64,000 nt of DNA from an uncultured Acidimicrobiaceae bacterium (GCA_963800765.1 CAWDCF010000012.1:574-64573), one strand, 5' to 3'. Counted from the first letter of the stretch, positions 52,290 to 63,740 are shown. The notes: generated from the letters alone by a model not told the origin. A program made the numbers and translations.

Positions 52290-53005
52290 TAGTAGAGACG
52301 ACTGGCGAGCTTGCGTCGATAGGAGACGTAGCGCGGGTCCTCAGGACCGAGGGCGTCGAGGATCTCCAGCAGACTGTCCTTGGCACTCCCCTCAGCGCTC
52401 GACTGCTCCAAGAGGTGGTCGAGCGTGAGATCGAGGTCGCCGTCTAGGGTGACGCCACTTCGTTGAAGGCGGATTCGTGCAAGCACGGTCTTGGCCGCCA
52501 CGACGTTCTCGAACGGTTTCAGGACCTCGTCGGCCTCGTCGAGCCGGTCGGCCTGACGAAGGAAGTCGCCCAAAGCGACCGCGGCGTCGACGCTCTTCGC
52601 GTCGAGCTCCAGTGCCGCGCGCAGCGACGCCTCGTCACCGGCCTCCACGAGCTTGTCCACTTTGCTCGCGCCCGGTGCCAACTTCTCCACGAAGTCGCGC
52701 ACTGCCGATTCAGGTAGGGCGCCCACGAAGGTGTCCACGATCTTGCCATGCGAGATCGCGAACACCGCGGGGATCGATTGGACACCGAAGGCCTGTGACA
52801 CCTGGGGATTCGCGTCGACGTCGACCTTGGCCAATTCAACGGCGCCGTTCGTCTCGTCGATGACCTTTTCAATGATGGGGCCGAGGGTCTTGCACGGTCC
52901 ACACCAGTCAGCCCAGAGATCGACGACGACCGGCACGGTCATCGAACGCTCGATCACGGCAGTGGCGAAGGTGGCGTCGGTTACGTCAGTCACGTGCGAC
53001 AGCAT
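52289..53005 (-). CDS. Thioredoxin-domain co-chaperone (YbbN/CnoX-like)
   Basis: WCGPC, VQSIP, helical C-terminus ending YRRKLASRLY. Confidence 0.9.
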   Translation of the reverse strand: MLSHVTDVTDATFATAVIERSMTVPVVVDLWADWCGPCKTLGPIIEKVIDETNGAVELAKVDVDANPQVSQAFGVQSIPAVFAISHGKIVDTFVGALPESAVRDFVEKLAPGASKVDKLVEAGDEASLRAALELDAKSVDAAVALGDFLRQADRLDEADEVLKPFENVVAAKTVLARIRLQRSGVTLDGDLDLTLDHLLEQSSAEGSAKDSLLEILDALGPEDPRYVSYRRKLASRLY

Positions 53006-53060
53006 AACGGTGTCGTTCGCTCGTCGAAGGGGTCACAAAGCGCTGTTAGCCTCCTCGATT

Positions 53061-54101
53061 ATGAACAGTGCGGTTATCGGGATCGACGAGGGCAACGTCA
53101 CCGCGTGGATGGTCGAACACGTCGGAGCCGTCGCTCCCCTGACCTTCGAGCTCATCGCCGGCGGCCGCTCCAACCTCACGTACCGCGTCACCGACGTGAC
53201 CGGTCGATCCTTCGCCTTGCGCCGACCGCCCACGAGTCACGTCCTGCCGACCGCCCACGACATGGTGCGCGAACACACCATCATCTCGGCGCTCCACCCG
53301 CTCGGCATCCCCGTCGCCCAACCGCTCGGTCTCTGTGTCGACGAAGAGGTCAATGAACGGCCCTTCTACGTCATGGAGTTCGTCGAGGGAGCCATCTTGC
53401 GCGACCGGTCCCAGGCCGAATCGACCTTCGACGTGTCGATTCGTGGCGTCATTGGCAGCCAACTCGCCTCCACCCTCTCCCAACTGCACGACGTCGACGT
53501 CGACGTGGCGGGTCTGTCGGGGTTGGCGCGTCACGATGGTTACATCGAACGTCAACTGCGGCGCTGGCGCACCCAATACGAGCAGATGCACGTCGAGGGC
53601 GTGGAGTACGGAGGCATCGTCGAGGCCGTCGGCGACCAACTGAGCGCCCAGATACCGGTCCAGCAGCGAGTGTCCGTCGTGCACGGCGACTATCGCCTCG
53701 ACAACACCGTCCTCGACGAACAAGGCGCCGTGCGCGCGATCCTCGACTGGGAGATCTGCACGCTCGGTGACCCGGTCGCCGATCTCGGACTCCTCCTCGT
53801 GTACTGGGCCGAGCCGTCGGACCCAACGGCGAATGTCTTGGGAGTGTCGCCGACGACCGCACAGGGTTTCGAGAGTCGTGATCAGGTACTGCGCGCGTAC
53901 GCGTCGCACTCGGATTTAGACCTCTCTCACGTGGCTTATTATCAGGCATTCGGCTATTGGAAGTTGGCCTGCATCATGCAGGGCGTTTACGCGCGCTATA
54001 GCGCTGGCGCCGCCGGGGGCGACCAGGGCAGTGTCGCGGAGTATCCGATGTACATCGCCATGCTGGCGGAGAGCGCGAAGATGACGCTAGAGAGGAAGTG
54101 A
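53061..54101 (+). CDS. Phosphotransferase family protein (ACAD10/11 N-terminal-like)
   Basis: GGRSNLTY, AHDMVRE, HGDYRLDN, LDWE. Confidence 0.9.
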   Translation: MNSAVIGIDEGNVTAWMVEHVGAVAPLTFELIAGGRSNLTYRVTDVTGRSFALRRPPTSHVLPTAHDMVREHTIISALHPLGIPVAQPLGLCVDEEVNERPFYVMEFVEGAILRDRSQAESTFDVSIRGVIGSQLASTLSQLHDVDVDVAGLSGLARHDGYIERQLRRWRTQYEQMHVEGVEYGGIVEAVGDQLSAQIPVQQRVSVVHGDYRLDNTVLDEQGAVRAILDWEICTLGDPVADLGLLLVYWAEPSDPTANVLGVSPTTAQGFESRDQVLRAYASHSDLDLSHVAYYQAFGYWKLACIMQGVYARYSAGAAGGDQGSVAEYPMYIAMLAESAKMTLERK

Positions 54102-54982
54102 TGGACGACGAGATCTACGACCACATCATCTTCCTCGCGGACCCCGAACTCAGCGAGCCGGTGCTCGTCATCGCCCTCGAGGGATGGATCGACGCGGGGC
54201 TCGGGGCGAGCAACGCCATCGGGACCCTCCTCGACACCATCTACACCGAGGTGCTCGCCACCTTTGACACCGAGTACTTCATCGACCAGCGGGCCCGACG
54301 CCCCATTGCGCGCATCGTCGACGGCGTCACGACCGAGCTGACGTGGCCCGAAATCCAACTGCGTTTCGGTCGCGACGGCGACGGCGCCGACATCCTCTTC
54401 CTCGTCGGACCCGAGCCGGACTTTCACTGGAGTGACTTCGTTGACGTCGTCACCGACGCCGCGGGCCGCTTCGACGTACGACTCGTGGTGGGACTGGGCG
54501 CCTTCCCGGCGCCCACGCCGCACACCCGACCGGTTCGCATCATCGGCACGGCACCGGCCACGAGCGCCCACCTGCTCACGCGCGTCGGCACCGTCTCGGG
54601 CGAGCTCGAAGTCCCGGCCGGTATCAGCTCGGCGCTCGAACTGGGGTTTTCCGAGGTCGACATGGAGATCGTCACGCTCTGGGCCCGAGTTCCGCACTAC
54701 GTCGCATCGATGCCCTACCCCCAGGCCTCGGCCGCGTTGATCGACGGACTCGCGAGCATCGCGGGACTGACCCTAGACGCCAGCGCGCTGCGCGTATCGG
54801 CCGACGAGGCGCGCCAACGCGTGGATGACCTGGTGACGAACAATCCCGACCACACGTCGATGGTCGAACAACTCGAGGCCGCCGCGGACGAAGTCGAAGG
54901 TGCCTCGATCAGCGAGGAACTGCCGAGCGGCGATGAACTCGCCGCCGAGCTCGAGAAGTTCCTCCGCGGAGAGACCAGCTGA
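54098..54982 (+). CDS. PAC2 (proteasome assembly chaperone) family protein
   Basis: EGWIDAG, GPEPDFHW, PHTRP, VPHY, ELEKFLR. Confidence 0.9.
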   Translation: MMDDEIYDHIIFLADPELSEPVLVIALEGWIDAGLGASNAIGTLLDTIYTEVLATFDTEYFIDQRARRPIARIVDGVTTELTWPEIQLRFGRDGDGADILFLVGPEPDFHWSDFVDVVTDAAGRFDVRLVVGLGAFPAPTPHTRPVRIIGTAPATSAHLLTRVGTVSGELEVPAGISSALELGFSEVDMEIVTLWARVPHYVASMPYPQASAALIDGLASIAGLTLDASALRVSADEARQRVDDLVTNNPDHTSMVEQLEAAADEVEGASISEELPSGDELAAELEKFLRGETS

Positions 54983-54996
54983 CGCCCTCGCCTATC

Positions 54997-55755
54997 GTGG
55001 CGACCATGAGCAAGACCATCATGATCACCGGGGCCGGCTCGGGCTTTGGACGACTGGCGGCCCTCGAACTGGCGAGCCGGGGACACCACGTCATCGCGAC
55101 GACCGAGACCGAGGAGCAGGCCGCTGCGCTGCGTGCGGAGTCGCCGCAACTACAGGTCGAGAAACTCGACATCACGACCGCCGACGTCGACAAGGTGCAC
55201 GCGTGGGACATCGACGTCTTGATCAACAACGCCGGCGCCGGTCAGACCGGACCCATTGCTGACGTGCCCCTCGAACGGCTTCGCTACCTCTTCGAAGTCA
55301 ATGTCTTCGGGACGATGAGCGTGACCCAGGCCGTCTTGAAGGAGATGGTCGCCAAGAAGAGTGGACGCATCATCATCATGTCCTCGATCGCGGGCGTCCT
55401 CTCCGCGCCAGCCTTTGGACCCTATTCAATGACCAAGCACGCGCTCGAAGCAATGGGCAAGGCCATGCGCGGCGAACTCGCTCCGCTCGGCATCGACGTC
55501 ACGTTGATCAACCCCGGTCCGTACCTGACCGGCTTCAACGACCGAATGGCCGACTCCATGTGGGAGTGGTTCGGCGACCAATCACTCAACGGCTCCGAAT
55601 CGGAACTGTTTCGCGTCATCGGTGACTTCGTCACCACCGGGCAACGTGACCCGATGGAGGTGGCGAATCGACTGGTCGAACTCGTCGAGGCGGAGAACAC
55701 GACCGAGAACAACTTCGTGCCCGAGGACATCCGAGCGCAACTGGGACTCGGTTAG
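54997..55755 (+). CDS. SDR oxidoreductase
   Basis: TGAGSGFG, NNAG, YSMTK. Confidence 0.92.
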   Translation: MATMSKTIMITGAGSGFGRLAALELASRGHHVIATTETEEQAAALRAESPQLQVEKLDITTADVDKVHAWDIDVLINNAGAGQTGPIADVPLERLRYLFEVNVFGTMSVTQAVLKEMVAKKSGRIIIMSSIAGVLSAPAFGPYSMTKHALEAMGKAMRGELAPLGIDVTLINPGPYLTGFNDRMADSMWEWFGDQSLNGSESELFRVIGDFVTTGQRDPMEVANRLVELVEAENTTENNFVPEDIRAQLGLG

Positions 55756-56345
55756 TCGTCGGAAGGCACGTCGACGTCGCCCTCTTCAATGCGAAGCCCG
55801 AGTCCGAGGGCGTACCCCTCGAGGAAGAGCGCACTCTCGAGTTGACGGGGATAGCGCTCGGCGAGCTCATTGAACTTCGCGGTGTGACCGACTTCCTGGA
55901 GGTGGGCCAACTCGTGGACGAGGACCGCGTCGATCACCCATTCGGGGCACTGACGGAGTCGACTCGAGATACGGATCTCGCGACTCGCCGGAGAACACGA
56001 CGCCCATCGGGCCTGTTGGTTCTTCACCCAGCGAACGGAACTGGGCACCACGCCGTCGTTGTACAGCTCGGCGAGCGCCAGGGCTCGCTCCTCCAACGCC
56101 CCGTCGCCCGCGGCATTCTGGGGACGTTGAGTCATGAGGCGTTCGACAAGGTCGTCTACGAAGGTGGTACGTTCGCGGCCCCGTATGCGCGCGGGGATCT
56201 GGACGACGATGCGGCTACCCGACCAATGGGCCGTGCCAGTCTTCTTGCGCCGCGAGGAGGCGCGAATCTCCACTTCCGGCCGATCGAAACGCGGCGCCTC
56301 GATCGTGACCGTGGTGTCAGTCTCTTTGCTTGGATGCTTGCTCAT
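55752..56345 (-). CDS. YgjP/M48-like zinc metallopeptidase
   Basis: RWASCS, VHELAHL, H...F. Confidence 0.88.
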   Translation of the reverse strand: MSKHPSKETDTTVTIEAPRFDRPEVEIRASSRRKKTGTAHWSGSRIVVQIPARIRGRERTTFVDDLVERLMTQRPQNAAGDGALEERALALAELYNDGVVPSSVRWVKNQQARWASCSPASREIRISSRLRQCPEWVIDAVLVHELAHLQEVGHTAKFNELAERYPRQLESALFLEGYALGLGLRIEEGDVDVPSDD

Positions 56346-58813
56346 CAGACGATGATGTTGACCAACCGGGGTGGTCGCGACACGATCCTCTTGGGCGTCG
56401 CACCGGCGAGCGCCTTGCTGATGGCCTCGACTTCGAGCGCTTCGGTCTCGGCGTCGGCCATGGAGATGTCCGGCGGCACCTCGAGACGGGCCTTCACCTT
56501 GCCGTTGATCTGAATCACCATCGTGATCGTCGAGTGCTTCACCAGCTCGGGGTCGGCGACCGGCCACGCCTGGCGATGCACGCTCAACCGGTCGGGGTAG
56601 CGCATCTCCCAGATCTCTGCGGTGACGTGCGGTGACATGGGCGCGAGCAGCTTGAGCATGGTGTCAATTGCCTCGTCCAACGTCGAACGTTCCGCGCCGT
56701 GGTCGCTGCGGGCCCACTTGGACACCGTGTTGAACAGTTCCATGAGCGCCGCAACCGCGATGTTGTGACTCCACCCTTCGAACTCTTGGGTGACCCTCTC
56801 GATCGTTCGATGGACCGCTCGGCGAACATCGACGTCACTTTCGTCGACATCGTCGTGGAAGTTGACCTCGTGGTACTGGGTGAGTCGGTAGAACCGATCA
56901 AGGAATCGACCACAGCCGTCAATGATCTCGTCGGTCTGGTCATTCCAGTCGAAGTCGTCGGCGGGCGGTCCCGCGAAAAGGTGGAAGAGCCGAAGACCAT
57001 CGGCCCCCACGGTGTCGAAATACTCCTGGGGCGCGACGAGGTTGCCCTTGGACTTGGACATCTTCGATCCGGAGAGTCGGATCATGCCCTGAGAGAACAG
57101 TCTGGTGAAGGGCTCGCGAGGCAGTCCCGGCGCCCAACCGAGATCGTCGAGCGCCTTCAAGTAGAAGCGCGCATAGAGCAGGTGGAGAATCGCGTGCTCG
57201 ATGCCGCCGACGTACTGATCGACCGGCATCCACTGTGCCGCTTGCGCCGGGTCGAAGGCCTTGCCCTCCGTCCACGGATCGGCGTAGCGCAGGAAGTACC
57301 ACGACGAGTCACAGAACGTGTCCATCGTGTCGGTCTCGCGTCGGGCCGGTCCGCCACAGATGGGACAGGTGGTGTTGCGGAACTCATCGTGGGTCGCCAA
57401 CGGGGATTGCCCGCTCTTGTCCATCACCACGTCATCAGGAGCGAGCACCGGCAACTGGTCGTCGGGCACCGGCACCGCGCCGTGCACGTCGCAGTAAATA
57501 ATGGGAATCGGGCATCCCCAGAAGCGCTGACGCGACACGAGCCAGTCGCGCAGTCGGTAGTTCACTTTCCACACGCCGTTGGCGTGGTCAGCGAGGTACT
57601 CAGCTGCCTTGGTCTTCGCCTCGGCGATGTCCAAGCCGTTCAGGAACTCAGAGTTGACGTGCTCGCCCTCACCGCTGTAAGCGCCACCTTCGAATCCTTC
57701 GGGCGGTTGGGTCGTACGAACGACGGGCAGCCCATAGACACTGGCGAAGGCGAAGTCACGCTCGTCCTCCCCCGGCACCGCCATGATCGCGCCCGTCCCG
57801 TAGGTACCAAGCACGTAGTCAGCGACGTAGACCGGGACCTGATCACCCGTGAAGGGATTGATGACGTAACTGCCGGTGAAGGCGCCACGCTTCTCGAGGG
57901 CGATGCCGCCTTCGGACGTGGAGGTTCGAACGACTTCGCTCTCTTTGGATGCTCGTTCGACCAGTGCGCGGACACTGTCGCGCTGTTCGGCCATCGTCAG
58001 TTCCTCGAGCAATGGGTGCTCGGGGGCCACGACGGCGTACGTGACGCCAAAGCCCGTGTCGGGACGGGTCGTGTAGACCCGGATGGCCTTCGACGGATCG
58101 TTCGCGAAGAGCAGGTCGAACTCGACGCCTTCGCTGCGCCCGATCCAGTTGCGCTGCATCGTGACGACTCGTTGGGGCCAGTCGAGCGTGTCGAGGTTGC
58201 GGAGCAGCTCCTCGGCGTAGTCGGTGATCTTGAAGAACCACTGCTCGAGGTTGCGACGTTCGACGAGGTCACCCGAGCGCTCGCAGGTCCCATCGGACAG
58301 CACCTGCTCGTTGGCGAGCACCGTGCCGCACCCCGGACACCAGTTGACCGCGGCCTCGGCCCGGTAGGCCAGACCGGCGTTGAAGAACGCGATGAAGATG
58401 GCCTGGGACCATCGCATGTACGCCGGGTCGTGGCTGATGACCTCGCGGCGCCAGTCGTAGACCGCCCCCAGACGCAGCAGTGACGACTTCAGTTCCTTCA
58501 TCCGCGCTTCGGTGTAGACCCGCGGGTGACTGCCGGCCTTGATGGCGGCGTTCTCCGCCGGGAGGCCGAAGGAGTCGAAACCGAAGGGCGAAAGGACTGC
58601 TTTGCCGAGCATGGTCTGGTAACGCACGACGACGTCACCGAAGGTGTAGATCCGGACGTGGCCCTGATGGGCCGAGCCCGACGGATACGGGTACATGGAG
58701 AGCGCGTAGAAGCGGTCACGGGGGTCATCGTTGTCGATTTGGTACGTGCCTTCGTCGGCCCAACGGGCCTGCCACTTCTCTTCTATTTCCGTGACATTAA
58801 AAGGCCGCGCCAT
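56345..58813 (-). CDS. leuS: Leucine--tRNA ligase
   Basis: PYPSG..HQGH, editing domain TTRPDT and [21 protein letters not shown]. Confidence 0.97.
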   Translation of the reverse strand: MARPFNVTEIEEKWQARWADEGTYQIDNDDPRDRFYALSMYPYPSGSAHQGHVRIYTFGDVVVRYQTMLGKAVLSPFGFDSFGLPAENAAIKAGSHPRVYTEARMKELKSSLLRLGAVYDWRREVISHDPAYMRWSQAIFIAFFNAGLAYRAEAAVNWCPGCGTVLANEQVLSDGTCERSGDLVERRNLEQWFFKITDYAEELLRNLDTLDWPQRVVTMQRNWIGRSEGVEFDLLFANDPSKAIRVYTTRPDTGFGVTYAVVAPEHPLLEELTMAEQRDSVRALVERASKESEVVRTSTSEGGIALEKRGAFTGSYVINPFTGDQVPVYVADYVLGTYGTGAIMAVPGEDERDFAFASVYGLPVVRTTQPPEGFEGGAYSGEGEHVNSEFLNGLDIAEAKTKAAEYLADHANGVWKVNYRLRDWLVSRQRFWGCPIPIIYCDVHGAVPVPDDQLPVLAPDDVVMDKSGQSPLATHDEFRNTTCPICGGPARRETDTMDTFCDSSWYFLRYADPWTEGKAFDPAQAAQWMPVDQYVGGIEHAILHLLYARFYLKALDDLGWAPGLPREPFTRLFSQGMIRLSGSKMSKSKGNLVAPQEYFDTVGADGLRLFHLFAGPPADDFDWNDQTDEIIDGCGRFLDRFYRLTQYHEVNFHDDVDESDVDVRRAVHRTIERVTQEFEGWSHNIAVAALMELFNTVSKWARSDHGAERSTLDEAIDTMLKLLAPMSPHVTAEIWEMRYPDRLSVHRQAWPVADPELVKHSTITMVIQINGKVKARLEVPPDISMADAETEALEVEAISKALAGATPKRIVSRPPRLVNIIV

Positions 58814-58866
58814 TCATCCATTCTAGGGATTTCAAGGCAACTCTCCTCTTCGCGGCCGGTATCGTT

Positions 58867-59553
58867 ATGTGCATTCCGACATACCTTCTCGTTCACGGCG
58901 GTTGGGGCGGTGCGTGGTGCTGGCAAAAACTCGCCGCTGAGTTCGACCGTCGCGGCATCAAATGGATCGCCATCGACCTGCCAAGTTCGAAGGTCGGGGC
59001 CAAGCCAACGACCGACTTGGCGGCAGACGCCGCGGCCGTCGCGTCAACCGTGCACCGAGACGGCCACTACATACTTGTCGGGCACAGTTACGGTGGCGCT
59101 GTCGTGACGGAGGTCGCCCCGAGGATTCCCAATCTCGAGCGAATTGTCTACGTCGCCGCACTGGTGCCAAAAGAAGGTCAAAGTGCGACTGAGACGGCGC
59201 GCACGGTGCGGGTTCCAACGAAACTCGACGAAGCGATTGAGGTCGATGGTGACTACTTGCGACTGAACCGCAACCTCGCGTCGGCCGCTCTCTATAACGA
59301 CTGCCCGCCAGCCATCGCCAGTTGGGCCGTCGACAAACTCACGACGCAAACAACGGCGAGTTTCCGGTCCAAGAGGACGTCGTCGGACTCGGGAGTTGAA
59401 TCGCTCTACATTCGCTGCACACTCGATCGAGCGATTGATCCGCTTCTCCAGGAAAACATGTCGGACCGGTGCGACATCGTGTTCGATCTCGCGAGTGACC
59501 ATTCACCTTTTCTGTCACAACCCACGAATCTCCTCGAGGCGATACTTTCGTAG
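58867..59553 (+). CDS. Alpha/beta hydrolase
   Basis: HGGWGGAWCW, GHSYGG, DHSPF. Confidence 0.9.
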   Translation: MCIPTYLLVHGGWGGAWCWQKLAAEFDRRGIKWIAIDLPSSKVGAKPTTDLAADAAAVASTVHRDGHYILVGHSYGGAVVTEVAPRIPNLERIVYVAALVPKEGQSATETARTVRVPTKLDEAIEVDGDYLRLNRNLASAALYNDCPPAIASWAVDKLTTQTTASFRSKRTSSDSGVESLYIRCTLDRAIDPLLQENMSDRCDIVFDLASDHSPFLSQPTNLLEAILS

Positions 59554-59599
59554 GCGCGAAAATGGCCGTTCCGCCGAGTGTTAGAATCGTTGGACCTTT

Positions 59600-59672
59600 G
59601 GGGGTATAGCTCAGCTGGTAGAGCACTTGCATGGCATGCAAGGGGTCCGGAGTTCGAATCTCCGTACCTCCA
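59600..59672 (+). tRNA. tRNA-Ala(GGC)
   Basis: GGGGGUA/UACCUCC acceptor stem with G3:U70; CUUGC-AUGGCAU-GCAAG anticodon arm; UUCGAAU T loop. Confidence 0.95.
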
Positions 59673-59915
59673 CTTCGTAAATCTCCTGATCATCGTCCCA
59701 CCGCTAATCCTTCGAAGCACAACCTGCTCTCGCGATTGCATGTAACTGCTTGCAGTGCAAGTGGTCGACGATGAACGAAGCCGACGCACGGATTCACTTT
59801 TCCAATGTTGGCGCGACCATTGGATCGCTCACCGACTCCCTGGAGATCATGAAACTTCAGCGGATACTTCAGCAGTTGGTCGCAACAGATTCACTTCCGA
59901 CAGGTCACTATCATC

Positions 59916-62405
59916 ATGGCGATGATCGCCGATTCGTTTGAGGAGCTAGTCCAGTCAGCCGCTCTTGCCGAACTGGCAGGTGGTCCCATAAGTATCGTCG
60001 AATTGGCAACTCGTCTTCGACGCCGTGGTGTTCTCGCTCATCTTCAAGACTTTGACGAAGAGCAATTGGCACTTGAACTCGATGAGATTCTCCTTAGTTG
60101 CGACGGCGTGTGGACCACCGGTGACGGCACGGTTGCCGCAACTGCGGCATTACTCGACGGGGTTCGTTTTAGTCACCACATGACAAGTTCGGAACTCGCA
60201 CGTGAGGCAATTGACGCATTTCCCGACTTGATAGCTCTTGATTTTGACATCGCTGGTTCTCTGGCCCTTGAGAACGGAGGGGAACTCGAATTCTTTTTCG
60301 CGGACGAGCCAGAGTTTGACGAACACGGCTTCTTCACTGGACCACCGGGCTGGCTCGGCGAGATTCGCTCTCCCGGGATGGTCGTGGTGTCCCGATCAGG
60401 AAGGGTCGTGTCAATTCACACCGGTGCAGTATTAGGTCGAGGTGACGCGGAAGAAGCCGCACTACGCCACGCATTTGATCTTCGACATGTCGAAGGTATC
60501 TTGAGCGACTCGTCGGAAATTGTCCTGGACGCACTCTGTCGCGACCCGTCGCTCTTTCGCTCGCCGGTGGTTCCCGTGAGTGAGCTGTTCGAGCGGGCCG
60601 GAATCGAGCCTCGCGGAGAATGGGTGGCACGCCATGGAGAGTCTGCAGAACATCCGGGGATAATCTACCGCGAACGGCTGATTAGCGGGTTGAGCGAGGA
60701 ATATGGTTTCGAGAGTTGCTGCACTGAGGCCTTTGAACATCTGTTCCTCGAGTGGCTCAATTTCGGGCTAGATCAATCTGCGCTCACTGACGTTCAAAGC
60801 GTGGCCGCCGCCCTCGCACACGGAGGAGTGGCACCGGCATTCGTCGACTACGTCCTTAGCGAAGATGGCCTCGAATCGGAGCTTTTGACCGAGTTCGCAT
60901 CTCGTCTGGTCCCACTGAGTGGGAAGTCTTCGGCCCCTGGTCACTACCTACTGGCACTCAACGCCGAGCGCGGTGGTCGCACGATTGAAGCCGAACGAGA
61001 GCTCCAGGCTGCCGTCTCTGCGGACTCAAGTTTTGATGCGGCACTCCTCGAATTGTCCCGGTACGCAGCGGATCGAAGTGATGCCCGCCTCGCAACCTCT
61101 CTCTTGCGACGTTCCGGCGCCTTGGCGGGTGACCCAGAATTTGAGTACCTAAGACTGCGCCTTGGAGTACCGGTCTTCGGAGTCGGGCGTAATGAACCCT
61201 GTCCTTGCGGTTCGGGGAGAAAATTCAAATTGTGTTGCGTCAACGGGCGCCGCCTGTCGATTGAAGACCGCGCCGACTGGCTTTGCCACAAGATCACGCT
61301 GTTCTCTCTTCGACCGCAGAACCAATGGCGGCTAGAAGAACTTCTCGACATTGCAGTTGACGCCGCTCGTGCGGGGTCGCCCGATTCATTCTTCTCCATT
61401 TTGGTCAACCTCGCGGCCTTTGACCGAGACGCGTTGGGCGAGTTCATCGAAGCGAGAGGCGTTTTATTGCCTGAAGACGAACTCGCGCTCGCACGCACGT
61501 GGCGGGATTCGCCGCCGGTGTTGTGGCAGGTCGTCGACGTTGATCTGGGGGCGTCGGTCGAACTGTTCGACACCCGAGGCGGTGCAAGTGTGGTCGTCGA
61601 GGACCACTCCGCGTCGCAGAGTTTGCACGTTGGTGACTACGTGTTCGTTCGTGTGGTGCCCACCGAGTCGAGATTCCTGTTCATTGGAGAGATCGTTCGT
61701 GTGCCGTTAGCGCATCGGGCATCACTGTTAGAACTTCTCGACGCAGGAGCAAGAACGCTGGACCTGGCTGCGTGGGTTGGCACGTTGTTCGCACCGATCC
61801 AGTTAGCGAACTACGAAGGAGACGACGTGGTGCTGTGTCGTGCGGTGTTCAGTCCGGTGACGACTTCTTGGGAGGAGATCTCGGCCACATTGGATGGACT
61901 ATTTGGAGAGTCCGACGATGGCCAGTGGACAGAGTTCGTTGAGATCAGCGGCGCCAGCGTGGTGAGGTGTCTCCTTCGCCGCGAACTCGAGACCCTCGTG
62001 GTCGAATCGAATTCGATCGAACGCTTTGATCGAATTCTCAACGTCCTGCACGAGAAAGTTGGGGATTTAGCAGTCATCGATGAGGTTCGCACCGATCTCT
62101 CTTCAACCGCCGACTTGGTGAATCGTGGTGGGCACAATATCGAGCCTTCGACAGACAGTGAAGTACCGGCCGAGGTTCTTAAAGCGGTTCGAGACCTGAT
62201 GCGCTCGAAAGAGGACGCGTGGCTTGACGAGTCGATTCCAGCGCTCGGGGGCCTTACGCCTCGTCGAGCAGCGGCGGACCCCACTCGTCGCGAAGACCTC
62301 GCCGCACTGCTCAATGAATTCGACCGCCACGGCGCGGTCGCCCCTCCCGCGATGACCTTCGACGTAAGAAGACTCCGCGAGCAATTAGGTGTCTTCAACT
62401 CATAG
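59916..62405 (+). CDS. Large SEC-C motif protein with a possible C-terminal Xre/MbcA/ParS-like domain
   Basis: GRNEPCPCGSGRKFKLCC; TPR-like helices before it; C-terminal WLDESIPALGGLTPR. Confidence 0.8.
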   Translation: MAMIADSFEELVQSAALAELAGGPISIVELATRLRRRGVLAHLQDFDEEQLALELDEILLSCDGVWTTGDGTVAATAALLDGVRFSHHMTSSELAREAIDAFPDLIALDFDIAGSLALENGGELEFFFADEPEFDEHGFFTGPPGWLGEIRSPGMVVVSRSGRVVSIHTGAVLGRGDAEEAALRHAFDLRHVEGILSDSSEIVLDALCRDPSLFRSPVVPVSELFERAGIEPRGEWVARHGESAEHPGIIYRERLISGLSEEYGFESCCTEAFEHLFLEWLNFGLDQSALTDVQSVAAALAHGGVAPAFVDYVLSEDGLESELLTEFASRLVPLSGKSSAPGHYLLALNAERGGRTIEAERELQAAVSADSSFDAALLELSRYAADRSDARLATSLLRRSGALAGDPEFEYLRLRLGVPVFGVGRNEPCPCGSGRKFKLCCVNGRRLSIEDRADWLCHKITLFSLRPQNQWRLEELLDIAVDAARAGSPDSFFSILVNLAAFDRDALGEFIEARGVLLPEDELALARTWRDSPPVLWQVVDVDLGASVELFDTRGGASVVVEDHSASQSLHVGDYVFVRVVPTESRFLFIGEIVRVPLAHRASLLELLDAGARTLDLAAWVGTLFAPIQLANYEGDDVVLCRAVFSPVTTSWEEISATLDGLFGESDDGQWTEFVEISGASVVRCLLRRELETLVVESNSIERFDRILNVLHEKVGDLAVIDEVRTDLSSTADLVNRGGHNIEPSTDSEVPAEVLKAVRDLMRSKEDAWLDESIPALGGLTPRRAAADPTRREDLAALLNEFDRHGAVAPPAMTFDVRRLREQLGVFNS

Positions 62406-62489
62406 AACGACTCTGTCCGGCAGGATCAGCCTCGTGTTGCAACACTTCCAACGTGAAGAAGCTACGAGTAGACCGACGCGTTTCGCCAG

Positions 62490-63740
62490 TCAGGGTCCCA
62501 GAGTGCCAATCGGTATGACCATGACACCATCGGGCCTCTGATATGCGTAGCCCGTGGCCGTCACAACCGCCAGGAACGCCGGAGCACCGCAGGTGGACTG
62601 ATCAATTCGGTTAGAGAATGTGAGGAGGCTTCTCGCACCTTGGTCGATTTGATTGCTACCGAGTTTCACTTCAATGCCAGCCCAGCAGCCATCGTTCCGC
62701 TCCACGATGGCGTCGACTTCAAGTCCGGTGTTGTCGCGGTAATGGAATATCTTGGCGTCATGAAGTTGGGCGTAGACGCGCAGATCCCTCACAACGAGGC
62801 TCTCGAAAAGGAAGCCAAGGAAGTTGAGATCGCTGAGTAGTTTCTGCGGACCGGCTCCCAATGCAGCCGCGGCCAGGCAGGGATCAATGAAGTGTCGTTT
62901 CGCAGCGATGCGCATGCTGGAACGAGACCTGAGCCGTGGCGCCCAAGCCGGCTGATTCTCGATTATCCAGAGCCGCTCAAGAGCGGATAGGTATTCTGGA
63001 ACAGTCTTACGGGCGACGGGCTCATCTTCGCCTGCCGTGTCGGCAGCAATTACGGTGGCCGCTACCTGAGTGGCGACATTGCGCGCCAACGACCTTAGGA
63101 CGCGCCTCACCTTGTTGGGATCGCGGATGACTCCGTCAACTCGGTTGATGTCGGTTCGGGCTATCTCCTCGAGATAGTTGCCAAGTGCCAGTTGGGCGTC
63201 GACCACCGGAAGGTTGTGTAGGGCTGGCCATCCACCAGTGCAAATGAACTCCGCGATCTCTGAGATGGAGAAGTTGGAATTCGCCGGCGACGGCAGCTGG
63301 CCGTCCAGCAAGTTGCCGAGTGAGACTTCTCCGAAACTTCGGCCCATTTCAAAAAGCGTCATTGGTCGCAGTCTCACTCGAGCCACGCGTCCGGCACCCG
63401 TGTGTCGAGTGACGTCGTCGCTGGGAGCGGCAGAACCGGTGAGAATGAATTGGCCCGGCAGCCGGCGCTCATCAACTTCTCGGCGCACCTTGTTCCAGAT
63501 TTCAGGGACGAACTGCCACTCGTCGATCAATCGCGGCGTTGAACCAGTGAGGATTAGTGCCGGATCAATCTCAGCAGCGGTACGAGCATTCAGGTCTGAG
63601 TCGAGGTCTACTTCGCTCGCCGCCTGTTGGCGCGCCGTTTCGGTCTTTCCGACTGCTTTGGGACCTTCAAGTACGACCGCACCCATGGCCTTGAGTTGCC
63701 GTGTAAGTTCCCTGTCGACGATCCTCAATTGGTAACTCAT
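62490..63740 (-). CDS. AAA_14 ATPase with DUF4143 domain
   Basis: GPKAVGKT, LIDEWQ, FILTGS, GGWP, FE..V, YRD..G.EVD..VE, IEVK. Confidence 0.9.
   Translation of the reverse strand: MSYQLRIVDRELTRQLKAMGAVVLEGPKAVGKTETARQQAASEVDLDSDLNARTAAEIDPALILTGSTPRLIDEWQFVPEIWNKVRREVDERRLPGQFILTGSAAPSDDVTRHTGAGRVARVRLRPMTLFEMGRSFGEVSLGNLLDGQLPSPANSNFSISEIAEFICTGGWPALHNLPVVDAQLALGNYLEEIARTDINRVDGVIRDPNKVRRVLRSLARNVATQVAATVIAADTAGEDEPVARKTVPEYLSALERLWIIENQPAWAPRLRSRSSMRIAAKRHFIDPCLAAAALGAGPQKLLSDLNFLGFLFESLVVRDLRVYAQLHDAKIFHYRDNTGLEVDAIVERNDGCWAGIEVKLGSNQIDQGARSLLTFSNRIDQSTCGAPAFLAVVTATGYAYQRPDGVMVIPIGTLGP

Noticed and set aside
33508-58483. Long antisense ORFs opposite glyQS, phoH, leuS and others
   Set aside because: Shadow ORFs caused by high-GC codon bias of the real genes on the other strand.
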